A DNA stretch of 62,592 nt, the filler included, from Stramenopiles sp. TOSAG23-3 (Eukaryota): assembly GCA_900128585.1 (NCBI GenBank). It is 5 parts of 5 records of this genome, joined end to end, with 100 filler letters (N's around TTAATTAATTAA, not from the genome) between each part and the next. Parts side by side here need not be neighbours in the genome. Positions count along the whole stretch, not along the records: positions 12,582 to 25,056 come from LT642685.1; positions 25,157 to 37,605 come from LT642686.1; 3 more parts are not named here. The stretch is one strand, 5' to 3'. Below are positions 17,757-28,276 of this stretch, piece after piece (within the stretch, counting starts at the first letter, position 1; every line of letters starts with the position of its first letter). The translations under genes and the position numbers were made by a program. The notes beneath the pieces are model-generated. The model did not search any database and was not told the origin of the DNA. It worked only from the letters and a program-made list of their open reading frames with translations.

Positions 17757-18203
17757 ATGAGCGCATTTGTCCAAAACACACTTGGCCTCGACTGTGGGAA
17801 CGCAGCGGTTATCATTCTGGCACACACCACGTTGTGCAAAGTATTGACGACGTTAATGTACCGTGCGAAACTTACAGACGGGAGCACACCTGTCGAAGAA
17901 GTAAAGAAAATTCAAGGGTCGCTATCGTACAAACGTTGGTGGTCGGCGCAATTGAATGAGGCTGAGTATGCTCCCCTATTTTTGGGAGGGCTGTTATATT
18001 TACATAGCCAAAACATTTCCGCCCCGCTGACGGCCTTTGGCGCGGTTTTCGGACAAATCGGCTACTTTTGGCCTCGTGCATTCGTTGGTCACCCACACGA
18101 GGGCGGGCCAGTCTTTCCACCGCCATACGTACCAGCTGCACTGGCGCGTTACGCAGCACTCGGCAGTCTAGTCTACATCATGTACGGCGCAATGTCCCAG
18201 TAA
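17757..18203 (+). CDS. MAPEG family membrane protein (microsomal glutathione S-transferase-like)
   Basis: 148 aa with about 4 hydrophobic helices. KRWWSAQLNEAEYAPLF matches the MAPEG R...(H/Q).N..E signature. Confidence 0.7.
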   Translation: MSAFVQNTLGLDCGNAAVIILAHTTLCKVLTTLMYRAKLTDGSTPVEEVKKIQGSLSYKRWWSAQLNEAEYAPLFLGGLLYLHSQNISAPLTAFGAVFGQIGYFWPRAFVGHPHEGGPVFPPPYVPAALARYAALGSLVYIMYGAMSQ

Positions 18204-18278
18204 GTTGTTACGAGCAGGAACTGAGCCGGACTTTTAACGAGACGAACGTGACAAGGACGGCGCACATGAAAGTGCTTA

Positions 18279-18359
18279 TTAAAAACAAAAAATTGGCTCT
18301 GTGATTTATTTATAAGAGTAATAATTATTAACATTTAATCTTCTTCATATACCGCGAAA
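18279..18359 (+). repeat. Dispersed non-coding repeat copy
   Basis: ttaaaaacaaaaaattggctctgtg...tttaatcttcttcatataccgcgaaa matches 40555-40623. Confidence 0.7.
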
Positions 18360-18454
18360 GTGAATCTGCTGCTTTTGTCAAATATTGCTATACGTTTTGT
18401 TTCTTCCTCTTCTTCGCAACAAAAGCCCTTCGAAAAGAAAATAATATTCTTAGA

Positions 18455-19762
18455 CTATGTGGGTGCAAGTTGAACGGACGTGGCGTTCACCTCTACTTCC
18501 GACTCTTCTCCTTTCTTCGTCTTGCCCCCTGCCCCGTTGCCACCTTCACCCACCTTTTCCCTGTTCAACACTGCGCGAAACGCAAACGGCGCGAACAGGC
18601 TGGCAAGAAAGACACCCCAAACGGAGCCGGCGTGCCAGCCTTCGTCCAGAATGCCTTCGGCCTTCGCAGTGTCAGCGATCAGAAACGAAAATTCCCCCCT
18701 CCCTTGCATGGCAGAGCTGAATTTGAAAAATGTTCCCCACGTAAGGGGGGTCGCAAACAGTCCCAAAGGGAACGCTTTTCCAACTATTCCTGCAAACAGC
18801 AACCATGCCCCACGAGCTAGAGCGGGCCCAGAAAAGAGCCCACTTCCCGACAACAGGGATGGCACCCCAAAGCCTACAGAGCACGCGAAAAAAAGACTTG
18901 TTCCTACCTTGGTCAGGCGACCAAAATTTGTTTTGAAAGCTTGTTTGCTTGGAATGGAGCCAGAGAAAGCAACCCCCGACATGAAGCACCCCAGCAGATC
19001 CGACGACCCCATTGCGGCGCAGGCCCAGGACAGGCCAAGCACCAGGAGTGACAGCGACGTCAAGATCCCAGCGTCCCCACCGCGAGCCCTTGCACGCCCG
19101 GGCAAGCTGTACTTTTTGAACAACACCGCCACGAGCAACCCGACGGCGATGGATCCAGCACTAGCGATGACCGGCCTAACGTAATCCCACACACTAATGG
19201 CCGTTGCCAGGGCGCGCACAATCTCCAGAAGACACAGCGACAGTACATCGTCGACCACGGCCGCGATCGCGATGATGCTGCCCAGCTGTGTCTGTAACCC
19301 TTCCGGCCCGAGAAGTTTTGCGGAGAACCCCAGGCTTGTTGGGGCTATCGCTGAGCCAGCCGCAAGTCCTACCCTTACGTCTGCTTCGAAAATTACTACC
19401 GCCCCAAACAGTGCCAAGAGGACCGGGAAAATGGTGCCCGACAACGCTGCAGCAAAAGCTCTTGCGCCGTGCTTACGGACCCGTTCGCCGTCTACTTCTA
19501 GCCCAGCCTCTACCACCAACAGCATAACCCCGAGCTTGCCCAAAAAACGCCACGCTTCTGCGTACGGCACAATATCCAGGCACGCCGGACCAACAATAAT
19601 ACCGGCAATTAAATGCCCCAACAATGACGACGTTTTGATGATTCTCGAAAACAACCGTTCAAACCCAAATATAGCAAATGCAAGCGCAAGAGCGCCCGCC
19701 TCTTTTGAGAAAGGAACGGCCACGACCGCAGAAGACCCGCTACTCTGCTGAGACGCGTTCAT
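18455..19762 (-). CDS. CPA2-family cation/H+ antiporter
   Basis: About 12 TM segments; motifs LIAGIIVGP, LGVMLLVVEAGLE, APTSLG, AAVVDDV, LGCFMSG, GIVGK, MQGRGEFS. Confidence 0.9.
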   Translation of the reverse strand: MNASQQSSGSSAVVAVPFSKEAGALALAFAIFGFERLFSRIIKTSSLLGHLIAGIIVGPACLDIVPYAEAWRFLGKLGVMLLVVEAGLEVDGERVRKHGARAFAAALSGTIFPVLLALFGAVVIFEADVRVGLAAGSAIAPTSLGFSAKLLGPEGLQTQLGSIIAIAAVVDDVLSLCLLEIVRALATAISVWDYVRPVIASAGSIAVGLLVAVLFKKYSLPGRARARGGDAGILTSLSLLVLGLSWACAAMGSSDLLGCFMSGVAFSGSIPSKQAFKTNFGRLTKVGTSLFFACSVGFGVPSLLSGSGLFSGPALARGAWLLFAGIVGKAFPLGLFATPLTWGTFFKFSSAMQGRGEFSFLIADTAKAEGILDEGWHAGSVWGVFLASLFAPFAFRAVLNREKVGEGGNGAGGKTKKGEESEVEVNATSVQLAPT

Positions 19763-19998
19763 CCCGGCGTCTACTCACCAATGTACCAGTATAAGGCCGT
19801 ACAAATCCCTCTCCGAACCAAAAGTAGAAACCAAACAGGCCACAAATTCTCATCAATCGTTTTGCTTTATGTCTACATGTCTAAAAAAAAGGCACATCGG
19901 GGTGATTTTAAGTGAATCGTATTATAATTTACAGTATTTCACAATGAAAGCTTAGATACTATGTGTAACTACTGGTGAGACTGTAAAATCTACCGGCG

Positions 19999-20159
19999 GA
20001 AGAAGAAGGAAGAAGAAGAAGAAGAAGAAGAAGAAGAAGAAGAAGAAGAAGAAGAAGAAGAAGAAGAAGAAGAAGAAAAGAAGAGAAAGAAGAAGAAGAA
20101 GTAAAAAGAAGAAGAAGAAGAAGAAGAAGAAGAAGAAGAAGAAGAAGAAGAAGAAGAAG
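19999..20159. repeat. (GAA)n microsatellite between divergent genes
   Basis: Long, nearly perfect gaa array. Confidence 0.95.
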
Positions 20160-20341
20160 GAGAGAAGAAGGAGGAAAAAAGAAGGAGGGTTTTTTTACCC
20201 GGGAGATAATAATACACTGACGACGACAAAGGATTGGCAGGGCAATTAATTGTAAATCCCAACTTTTCTGAACAATGAAAAGATCAAATTATTTCCTCAA
20301 ACATAGCGCAAATCCACCCCGGAATAATTTTGAGCGTACGA

Positions 20342-21655
20342 ATGGCGGCCTTGGCGAAGGACTTGAAACCGGCAGCGACCTTGCCTGGGTTTCTTGACCG
20401 CAGGAGGGTCTGGACCTTTTCTGCCCGGGTAAGGATGGTCGCCGATACGCCAGACACCAGCAACCTTCAAACGTTTACGAAGAATTTCGCCCATCGGTGG
20501 AACGACCCATTTCTGAAAGGGCCGTGCGTTCTCGTGAAAGACGTGGTGACCGGGCGACTCGTTGGCTTGTTGATTGTCCCGGGGCCCCGTGGCACTGAGC
20601 AGAGCAGACGGTGCGTCGTCCTTCCGCCGGGGCCGGACACGTGGCTACCGAAGACTGGGGTTACGGTAGAGTGTCATGGGGTAGCCCTCGCACCGCAAGA
20701 AGGAGAAAGCCCATGGGAATTAACTCAGGAAATTATTGGGGAAAACGAAGCGCTCATCGCTACGTACAATGTTGCCCACCTTTTGGGAGAGCAAAATCAG
20801 ATGGTTGCAGAAAACAAAAAAATAGGTTGTCTTGGGACTTCCGACGACGTTGAGCGGTTTAACAAATTCCACGCGATCGCGCTGTTATCTCTGCAGGCGG
20901 ACGTCATCGTCATGCAGGAGTTTGCGGGTGTGAACAAGCAGGGCAAGGACTGCACAGAGGATGTTTGTTTGGCGCCGATAGTGGAAGAAATGAATAAGAT
21001 GCTTCGGGATAAAATGCACGGGTCCACGGAGGATGGGAACAGGCTGTACGAATACAGCGGTATATCGACGTCGAACGATGCCCGATATTGGCACCCGTAC
21101 GCCATAATAAGTCGTTTACCAATGTCCAATTTCTCGCAAGAAGAGCCCGTGGAGTGCCAAGGAATGTGCGGCGTGACAGTTTCGTTTCCTAGCGGCCAGC
21201 ACCTGAGAATTTACACGTCACATTTGTACTATAAGCCCGAGGAACGGTACCAGACCGATGAAATCAACGCCCACGCAATGTATATGGAGGGGGAATCGCG
21301 AAGCACTAAAATGCTGGACTACAAGAACATCTTGTGGGGTGGCGATTTCAACAACCGGTCTTTGCAGTGCAAGGCCATGAAGCTGATAGGTCGTTATGGG
21401 TTTAAAACGACCCTGCCGTTCCATTACGTGGACACGTTTTTCTTTCGAGCAAGGCATGGGGTGGTGGAGGGTAGTGGGGGTGGTGATCAGGGGGAAGAAG
21501 GAAGCGAAATCCTAGAAACGAAGTATTACAGCCCAGTCGGCAACTTTCGCACCCACAAATATTTTTTGTACAGAGAAGATCGATTGTTTGGGGGAGGGAG
21601 TCATTCGGACCACCTTCCGGTGTGTACCCTAGTCAGTCTTAGAAAGGGCGTCTAA
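20342..21655 (+). CDS. Endonuclease/exonuclease/phosphatase (EEP) superfamily protein
   Basis: Catalytic motifs IATYNV, DVIVMQE, AIISR, TSHL, GGDFN, VDTFF, SDHLPV. First ATG at 20342. Confidence 0.85.
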   Translation: MAALAKDLKPAATLPGFLDRRRVWTFSARVRMVADTPDTSNLQTFTKNFAHRWNDPFLKGPCVLVKDVVTGRLVGLLIVPGPRGTEQSRRCVVLPPGPDTWLPKTGVTVECHGVALAPQEGESPWELTQEIIGENEALIATYNVAHLLGEQNQMVAENKKIGCLGTSDDVERFNKFHAIALLSLQADVIVMQEFAGVNKQGKDCTEDVCLAPIVEEMNKMLRDKMHGSTEDGNRLYEYSGISTSNDARYWHPYAIISRLPMSNFSQEEPVECQGMCGVTVSFPSGQHLRIYTSHLYYKPEERYQTDEINAHAMYMEGESRSTKMLDYKNILWGGDFNNRSLQCKAMKLIGRYGFKTTLPFHYVDTFFFRARHGVVEGSGGGDQGEEGSEILETKYYSPVGNFRTHKYFLYREDRLFGGGSHSDHLPVCTLVSLRKGV

Positions 21656-21930
21656 ACAATAAAGCTGCGCGTAAGGACTATCATACTTGTGTTTATTTTT
21701 TGTAAAATGGAAAAAATAATAATGGTTTTTTTTTAAAGGTGTCAGTTCAAGAACAATATCTCCTCCTATTGCAGATCCTCCCCAAGTTCTGGTCAAGATT
21801 CCAATCGATTGGTCTTAAAAGTAAACTGAATTAGGTTTTTCTTTTTTAGATGGAAAAATCTAAATTCGATTTATGTGTATGTTTTCTTCTTCTTTAACAT
21901 GTATATGAGATAAGATTATTTCCTGGCGTT

Positions 21931-23249
21931 TCATTTGTCGTCGTCGTCTTCTGGTTCACGTTTCTTCGGTGGTATCAGCACGTCGGCAAAGAATCCCTCG
22001 TCGTCAATGTCCAAATCATTGAGACCAAGCTTATCCGCAAACGTGTACCTTGGGGGGTCGATGAAACTAAAGTCTGGGCCAGTGTACACCATGGACATAT
22101 TTGGGGTACGAGAGAGGCGCACAGGCCCTGAGGGCGCGTGCTCGCCACACTCGTTTTTCAGCGCAGGGTCGAACATGTCACGATCTATTGAGTGTGGGTG
22201 CGACCACATGTCTTCCAACGTTAGCACAGGTGTAAGGCAAGTGTCCTTCTCCGCGCATACTTCGTCCCATTCGTCCCTGGTTTTGGTCTTAAAAATCGAG
22301 GAGAACTGCTCTTTCATGCTTGGCCATGTCCCTTCGTCGTCCTGTGCCGGGAGGACCTTAGGGTCGAGGCCCATGCATGCTACAAGGTTTCGGTAGAACT
22401 GCGGCTCGATTGCGCCCACCGCGACAAACTCTCCTGGATTTTTGCACTCGTAAACTTCGTAGAAATGTGCTCCAGTGTCGATCATGTGCGTGCCAGGGCT
22501 TAGGTCGTCCCATCCTCCCTTCTGCATCAAATTGTGAAAGAAGCCGGACATGTAGTTGAGGCCGTCCAGAACGGAAACGTCAACGGTCTGGCCAAGGCCG
22601 GATTTCTCGCGCTCGTACAGTGCAAGCATGATCCCGAAACCTGCACTCAACCCCCCTCCCGCAAAGTCTCCTAAAAAATTGACCGGCGGCATCGGACGGG
22701 AGACTGTCCCGTTTTCCAACTGCCTCGACAGCATGCTGAGAACCCCGCTTATCGCAAGGTAGTTTATGTCGTGCCCCGCCGCGTTCGCAAGCGGCCCCGT
22801 ACCCCCGTACCCTGTCACGCGAGTGTAAATCAAACGTTTGTTCACTTCCTTCAACTTCTTTTCGCCCAGCCCCAAACGTTCCATCACACCCGGGCGGTAA
22901 GGGTCTATTAAAATATCCTGGTCTGCGATCATTTCCAAGAACATTTTCTTGTCCTCTTCGTCTTTCAGGTCCAGTTGCATGACGTGCTTGTCTCTCCCCA
23001 ACGCAGTCGTGCCGTAGTGGGGTTTTCGATCCCGCCTGTCCACCCTTATTATCCGCGCGCCATAGTCCTGAAGGAGTTTGCCAATGAACGGCGCAATGGC
23101 CAGTCCTTCAAGCTCTACAACGTTTATTCCCGATAGCGGACCAGTGGCAAATTTTGCCGTGCGAGAATTGTCCGGAATAACAAATTTTGAAAAAGGGCGA
23201 GCATGGCACCCGCACCCCCCCCCCGAACAAACCGTTTCAGAAGGTTCAT
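21931..23249 (-). CDS. AMACR: Alpha-methylacyl-CoA racemase / CoA-transferase family III (CaiB/BaiF), with a 1-nt frameshift in the presequence at G10 (23215-23224)
   Basis: Motifs DPYRPGVMERLGLG, AGHDINYLA, NFLGDFAGGG, DTGAHFYEVY, VGAIEPQFY. The frame continues upstream of the ORF-track GTG as GPLSGINVVELEGLAIAPFIGKLLQDYGARIIRVD, the family N-terminus. The ATG at 23249 is out of frame by 1 nt. Confidence 0.85.
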
Positions 23250-23749
23250 AGTGCTATTGGTGAGGCAAACGTGTCTTTCTCATACGAGAGTCAGGGAAAA
23301 CAATATGCATTTGTCTCACAAATAGAGTGTTACTAACATTTACGTGTGTGTGCGTATTTGTAATCATCATAAATCTTTTTTCTAATAATAGAAATAGGAA
23401 CGTGTGCTTCGGTCTGTCCTCTGTCCTCTAAACGCTATTTCTATATTATTTATTATATATACGTACACCATACACCAAGGGGGTATGTCATTTAATTAAT
23501 AATAAAAAAATATAATAAAATACCACCTTCCTTTTTTTTGTTCTTTTCTTCTTCTTTTCTTCTCCCTGCCTCCTCTTCTTCTTTCTATTTTATTTGACAC
23601 AGCAGACCTTTTTCAAACATTAAACCACATTTTTCAAATTGGTTTGTATCCCCCCTGTCATTTCCCGCCGTTGTTTTTCTTTGGGTGCGCGGTAGATACA
23701 TACAACAGGCGCATATATAGTAGACCTGGTCCGGTCCATCTAGTGGTGA

Positions 23750-24883
23750 ATGAGAGAGGCGATGCAGGATTTGGTATGGAAGGCTGTCCGAGAGATGTGG
23801 ATACCGAGCAAGGGGCACGTGAGTATCTTGAAGTCACAGCGGGCCCTTCTTGGCCACTTTGTAAAGGTTCCCTTGCACGAGAAACAAGTCGAAGTTTTGG
23901 GCAGCAATAGGGTGCCTTATCTGATGAACTGTGTGGACACGTTGCCAAACTCTAACGATGGTGGGCGTCGCGCGACGGACGGCCGGGCTCTACGAACGGT
24001 CGTTCTTGGCCATGGGCTTGGGAGTGGGCTCGGCCTGTTCTTTCAGAACTACGATGGCCTGTTGAAACACTTTGACCGGATTGTAGCTTTTGATTGGGTT
24101 GGTTTTGGAAACAGCAGTCGCCCAGAGTACGAGAACGGCCCAGAGTTTTTCACAGAGCCTTTGCGGCAATTTTTGAATTCGATTCGGGTCGACTCGGGGG
24201 AAGAGTTTACTCTGGTAGGGCATAGCCTTGGGGGGTATTTGAGCGGAATGTTTGCCAGCAAATACTCGGACATGATAAAACGTTTGGTTCTTGCGTCTCC
24301 TGTTGGGTTTGCCCCCAAACCCCCGGGGGGGGCAGTTACAGAAGCGGAGCTGGGAAGGGGCTTCCAGATGGTGATGGAGGCGTGGAACAGGGGCGTCACG
24401 CCGTCGTTTTTGCTCCGTCTTAGTGGGCCGAGGGGGCCGAACTGGGTCAACGACGTTGTCGAGCGTCGATTTCGAAAGCGTTGGCCAGAGAACGAAAACC
24501 AGCTGATAGCCGAGTACCTGTATCAAATCAACGCCCACGTAGCCAGCGGGGAGGACGCCATGCAGGGACTCTTAGAACCGGTGCACTATGGCGACCGAGT
24601 CGGCATGTTTGCAAAGACTCCCCTCTCCGAAGTGTTGCCGCAGATGGTGGAGGGGAATAGAAACGTACCAGTAAACATTCTGTATGGCGACCATGACTGG
24701 TTGTCTGAGTCGTACAACCCGCTGTACCGCTGCAATGACGCTGCTGCTTCTCTTAATGCGCAGCACGGTATGACTGTGACAATCGATACGTTGCCCCGAG
24801 CCGGCCACCATTTGTACATTGACAACAGCATTGGGTTCCACGAGTATATTTCCCAGGTTGCTTTGGAAGGGCCGCACCAGTAA
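23750..24883 (+). CDS. Alpha/beta hydrolase of the ABHD4/ABHD5 (CGI-58)/Ict1/Cld1 group
   Basis: Motifs LGHGLGSG, DWVGFGNSSRP, nucleophile elbow GHSLG, LASPVG, YGDHDW, and HX4D in GHHLYID. Confidence 0.88.
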   Translation: MREAMQDLVWKAVREMWIPSKGHVSILKSQRALLGHFVKVPLHEKQVEVLGSNRVPYLMNCVDTLPNSNDGGRRATDGRALRTVVLGHGLGSGLGLFFQNYDGLLKHFDRIVAFDWVGFGNSSRPEYENGPEFFTEPLRQFLNSIRVDSGEEFTLVGHSLGGYLSGMFASKYSDMIKRLVLASPVGFAPKPPGGAVTEAELGRGFQMVMEAWNRGVTPSFLLRLSGPRGPNWVNDVVERRFRKRWPENENQLIAEYLYQINAHVASGEDAMQGLLEPVHYGDRVGMFAKTPLSEVLPQMVEGNRNVPVNILYGDHDWLSESYNPLYRCNDAAASLNAQHGMTVTIDTLPRAGHHLYIDNSIGFHEYISQVALEGPHQ

Positions 24884-25056
24884 AAATGAAGGGTGGAGGG
24901 GGCCGATTGGCCTCAATCCTCAATAATATTCTGTAAAAAATATTTAGAGAGTCCTCTAAGAATTAGAACACATCTTAAGAGAAGAAACAGCGCATTTCGT
25001 TCTTAAAGCACCACTTTTTTAGATAATAAAAAGGTATTTGCTGCGTAAAGAAAAGA

Positions 25057-25156
25057 NNNNNNNNNNNNNNNNNNNNNNNNNNNNNNNNNNNNNNNNNNNN
25101 TTAATTAATTAANNNNNNNNNNNNNNNNNNNNNNNNNNNNNNNNNNNNNNNNNNNN
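25057..25156. other. Artificial contig-concatenation linker
   Basis: N44-TTAATTAATTAA-N44. Confidence 0.97.
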
Positions 25157-25223
25157 CCCCCCCCCCGTTTAAATGTCCCTTTTGAACCTGTCGCGCTGCA
25201 ATTCGCTACGGGGCAATAACTTT

Positions 25224-26090
25224 TTATTGCCCCGTGGCGGCAGAAAGTTCTTGCCGTCTTTTCTTAATGGGCGAGACGACCAACGATCCCTGGAGCGAAG
25301 GTGTCGGCTGGGAGCGATGCGCGTGCACATTCGGGTTTAATCCTGCCGAAGGCATGTTCCATTTGACTTGAAGACGAGGTGGCGGACTGGTTCGACGTGT
25401 CAAGGCACTGGGTATTCGTGCCCTCCGTCGAAGTGCCATGTTTCTATTGTGTTCTGCCATGCTATTATGAAGCGAAGGCATTGGTCGCAACAAATTGGGC
25501 TCCGATGACTGGCGGCGCAGCTGGTCTGGAGTTGGGCACCGGTAGTACTTCAGCGACCGTATGCTATTTTTTAATTCGTCCTTCAATGCACTTGATTGGC
25601 TTCCTTCGATCGACGCTTGGAACCTGTCCGATGCCCCAAGGTCAGAGACGTAGCAAGAATTGTCCTCCTCGACGCCGGCGATTATGACGGGGTTTAAATA
25701 CCCTTTGGATCTCATGCTGTTGTAATTACTTCTCGTCAAAGAGATTCTCTGCGGGTTGTTCTTCTGCTTTGCTTCCCGTCGTTTTCGGCTAAGGGCGGCT
25801 TTTTGCCGCTGAAAATACGCGCTGTTTCGCAATAGTGCGCCTTTGAGGCTTGTGCGTCCCGCTGTTTTATTGATTGGTAGTATTTGGATCGAAGATGGTG
25901 TTGGCAAAAGCAAGCTGTCATTTGGCGATTGAGGAAACGGGTTGTCAAACCGTCGACGTTGAAGGGGGGGAACCTTTGGCACCACGCGCTTCTTCAGGAA
26001 CTTCCGTCCTTCTTTCGCCGCAACGTCCGATGCGGGTTTGAAAAACACGCATCCTACCGTCTTGGAGCGCATGGGCTTTCTCTTCGACAT
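25224..26090 (-). CDS. Hypothetical basic, probably disordered protein
   Basis: Open frame covering a GC island; first ATG at 26090 (MSKRKP). R/K/P/S-rich; no motif recognised. Confidence 0.6.
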   Translation of the reverse strand: MSKRKPMRSKTVGCVFFKPASDVAAKEGRKFLKKRVVPKVPPLQRRRFDNPFPQSPNDSLLLPTPSSIQILPINKTAGRTSLKGALLRNSAYFQRQKAALSRKRREAKQKNNPQRISLTRSNYNSMRSKGYLNPVIIAGVEEDNSCYVSDLGASDRFQASIEGSQSSALKDELKNSIRSLKYYRCPTPDQLRRQSSEPNLLRPMPSLHNSMAEHNRNMALRRRARIPSALTRRTSPPPRLQVKWNMPSAGLNPNVHAHRSQPTPSLQGSLVVSPIKKRRQELSAATGQ

Positions 26091-26896
26091 GATGACCGAC
26101 TGAACGATCGACAAATTAGCTGACTGGCCACACTGAGCAAAATGTCGAAAGAGTCCGTGTACAATCGAATTCTCTTTATTTAAGATTTCTTATTAATGTT
26201 TATGTATATATTTGATTACGGGCAATAACTACCTCCCATTAAACATAAAATCTAGCACGTCGCATTTTCCATCACAGGGAATGATGATTTTGCATTGGAA
26301 ACAACCCATCATCCTTTTTTTTTTTATTATATATTTATTATTATTTCGTTACACCAACACCACCACACACCTCCTCCTTTTTTTTTGTTTATTTATATAT
26401 ATTATTATTATTATTATAATATGTAATACCAGGAGGGGGTATAATAGGTAGGTAGTACTTTTTTTTATTTCTTTTATCTTTTCTTCTTCTCGTATGATGT
26501 GTATAAGACGTATTATTATTAAATTTTGATGATGATGTTTTGTAAGAGAGCGTATTATTATAAATAATAATAAAATAATAGAGTAGAGAGATAATAGAAG
26601 AAGAAAGATAATAATAATAATTATTATTATTATTATTCGACTATAATATATTGATTATGCAAGAGAAGTGTAAACTTTCTTCTAATGAAGAAGAAATAAA
26701 CGATATACAAACATATGACTGTATACTTGGTTTGTATTCTATGGCCATAGCGTAGCGACACCGATTATTTATTTCTCTCTCTTTCTTTTTCGAGAGGAAC
26801 GGTCCGTGCAGTATTCATTTGTGGAACGTGCAAGGGCTGGGGAAGGATAGAGCGCATTTATTGAATACTAAGGCTAGACAAATATATTAAACAAAT

Positions 26897-27697
26897 ATGA
26901 ACGTGTGCACACACGCCATGTCCAAAAAACGGCGAACGTCCCCTACGAAGACCACCGGGGACGGGCTTCATACTGGGGCGACTCCACGGTTGTCTGGGGT
27001 CAGCTTAGAGACTCGCAGCGATGGGAAGAAACTGCCGAACCGATCGCCCAACAAAACACCTCGATTAAGTGGGGACAACGACGCGCCGTCCTCACGGACA
27101 CGTGCAATGTCCGAATTTTCCTTGAACGACAGCGAAGAACGTGTAATAGAAGACAGGGAAGGTTTTTTGATTATTTCGCCTTCCGGGCGACAATGTGGCA
27201 AGGAATCGGTCGGCAGCCCGAAGAAAAGCGACAGCGACTCGCCGTCGTCATCCTCGGACTCGGACAGTTCCGACGAAGATAGCATGATGGAGAGGATGGC
27301 GGCGGCGGCGGCGCGGCGCAAACAACAAAGCTCCGGTGGAAAGAAGAGGCCGCCAAAAATCTATCGGAAGAAAATTGTTCTTTTGAAAGGGAAGGCGGGC
27401 AAGGGCGCGGAAGAGGAAGGGTGGGACGAAGTGGTGGGAAAGCCGAAACGTACTCCAAAGCCAAAATCGGAAAAGGAGAAGCTAGCGGAAGAATCGACGA
27501 CGAGAACCCCAACGATCAACCGGTTTGCAGAAGAACACGAGGAGTATGGCATCGCTTACGCCAACGAGGACGATTACGTGGCAAAAAAGGATGGCTCCCA
27601 CCGGAAAATTGGCAAACACGGACGAAATAAAAAATTGGCGTCCGAGAGGGGTTATAGAATCGCTGCAAGGGCCATCCAAAGGGCGCAGAGCCAATGA
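26897..27697 (+). CDS. Hypothetical low-complexity nuclear-type protein (S/D- and K/R-rich)
   Basis: ATG-initiated ORF filling a GC island (alternative start 26918, MSKKRR). Poly-S/D tract and NLS-like clusters. Confidence 0.65.
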   Translation: MNVCTHAMSKKRRTSPTKTTGDGLHTGATPRLSGVSLETRSDGKKLPNRSPNKTPRLSGDNDAPSSRTRAMSEFSLNDSEERVIEDREGFLIISPSGRQCGKESVGSPKKSDSDSPSSSSDSDSSDEDSMMERMAAAAARRKQQSSGGKKRPPKIYRKKIVLLKGKAGKGAEEEGWDEVVGKPKRTPKPKSEKEKLAEESTTRTPTINRFAEEHEEYGIAYANEDDYVAKKDGSHRKIGKHGRNKKLASERGYRIAARAIQRAQSQ

Positions 27698-27746
27698 CTG
27701 CATGCTGTTGGAATGAACCAGCACAACTTTTTATTAAATAAATTAC

Positions 27747-27794
27747 TAGTAATTAAAATTTGTCTTCCTCATGCATACCGCGAAAATATGTCAA
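27747..27794 (+). repeat. Dispersed non-coding repeat copy
   Basis: tagtaattaaaatttgtcttcctcatgcataccgcgaaaatatgtcaa is 42/48 identical to 40584-40631 on another contig. Confidence 0.85.
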
Positions 27795-28276
27795 CATAAA
27801 GCATTTAAGTTAAATATATCGGTAGAACATATACACTATAAAAAAAACTAATGATATAGTATGTTTTAAGACTCTCAAGATTATCCCAATTGTAAAACTG
27901 ATCTAATTTTGCAACTGCTCCTACGATATCGTATCATTCGACCCAGTTCCCAATTATAGTCTTCAAAACTTCGTACCATCTCGTCTGGTGATGTTCCATA
28001 ATTGTATTGATCAAGTGGTTGAGAACTATGCTGTGACTCCGATTTTTCATTATTCAGGCTGTTAATAATTTCCATAAACATACTATTATCATTAGTTTTT
28101 CATAATTTGTTAGCATACTATGTATATAATTTCTTTTTTTTTTCATTAATTTTTGTTTTTCATATGATATCACGAACATTACTATATAATTTGTTTTTCA
28201 CGAACGTGATTTGCTTTATAAAATCACACACTTAAATTCAAAGTTCTTAATAAGTACACCCTGTACACACAAAAGT

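Noticed and set aside
20342-21655. EEP domain as a LINE retrotransposon endonuclease
   Set aside because: No reverse transcriptase follows; it is a stand-alone gene ending convergent to AMACR.
27881-28081. 66-aa minus-strand ORF next to a dispersed-repeat copy, possible transposase relic
   Set aside because: No recognisable motif; short and AT-rich.
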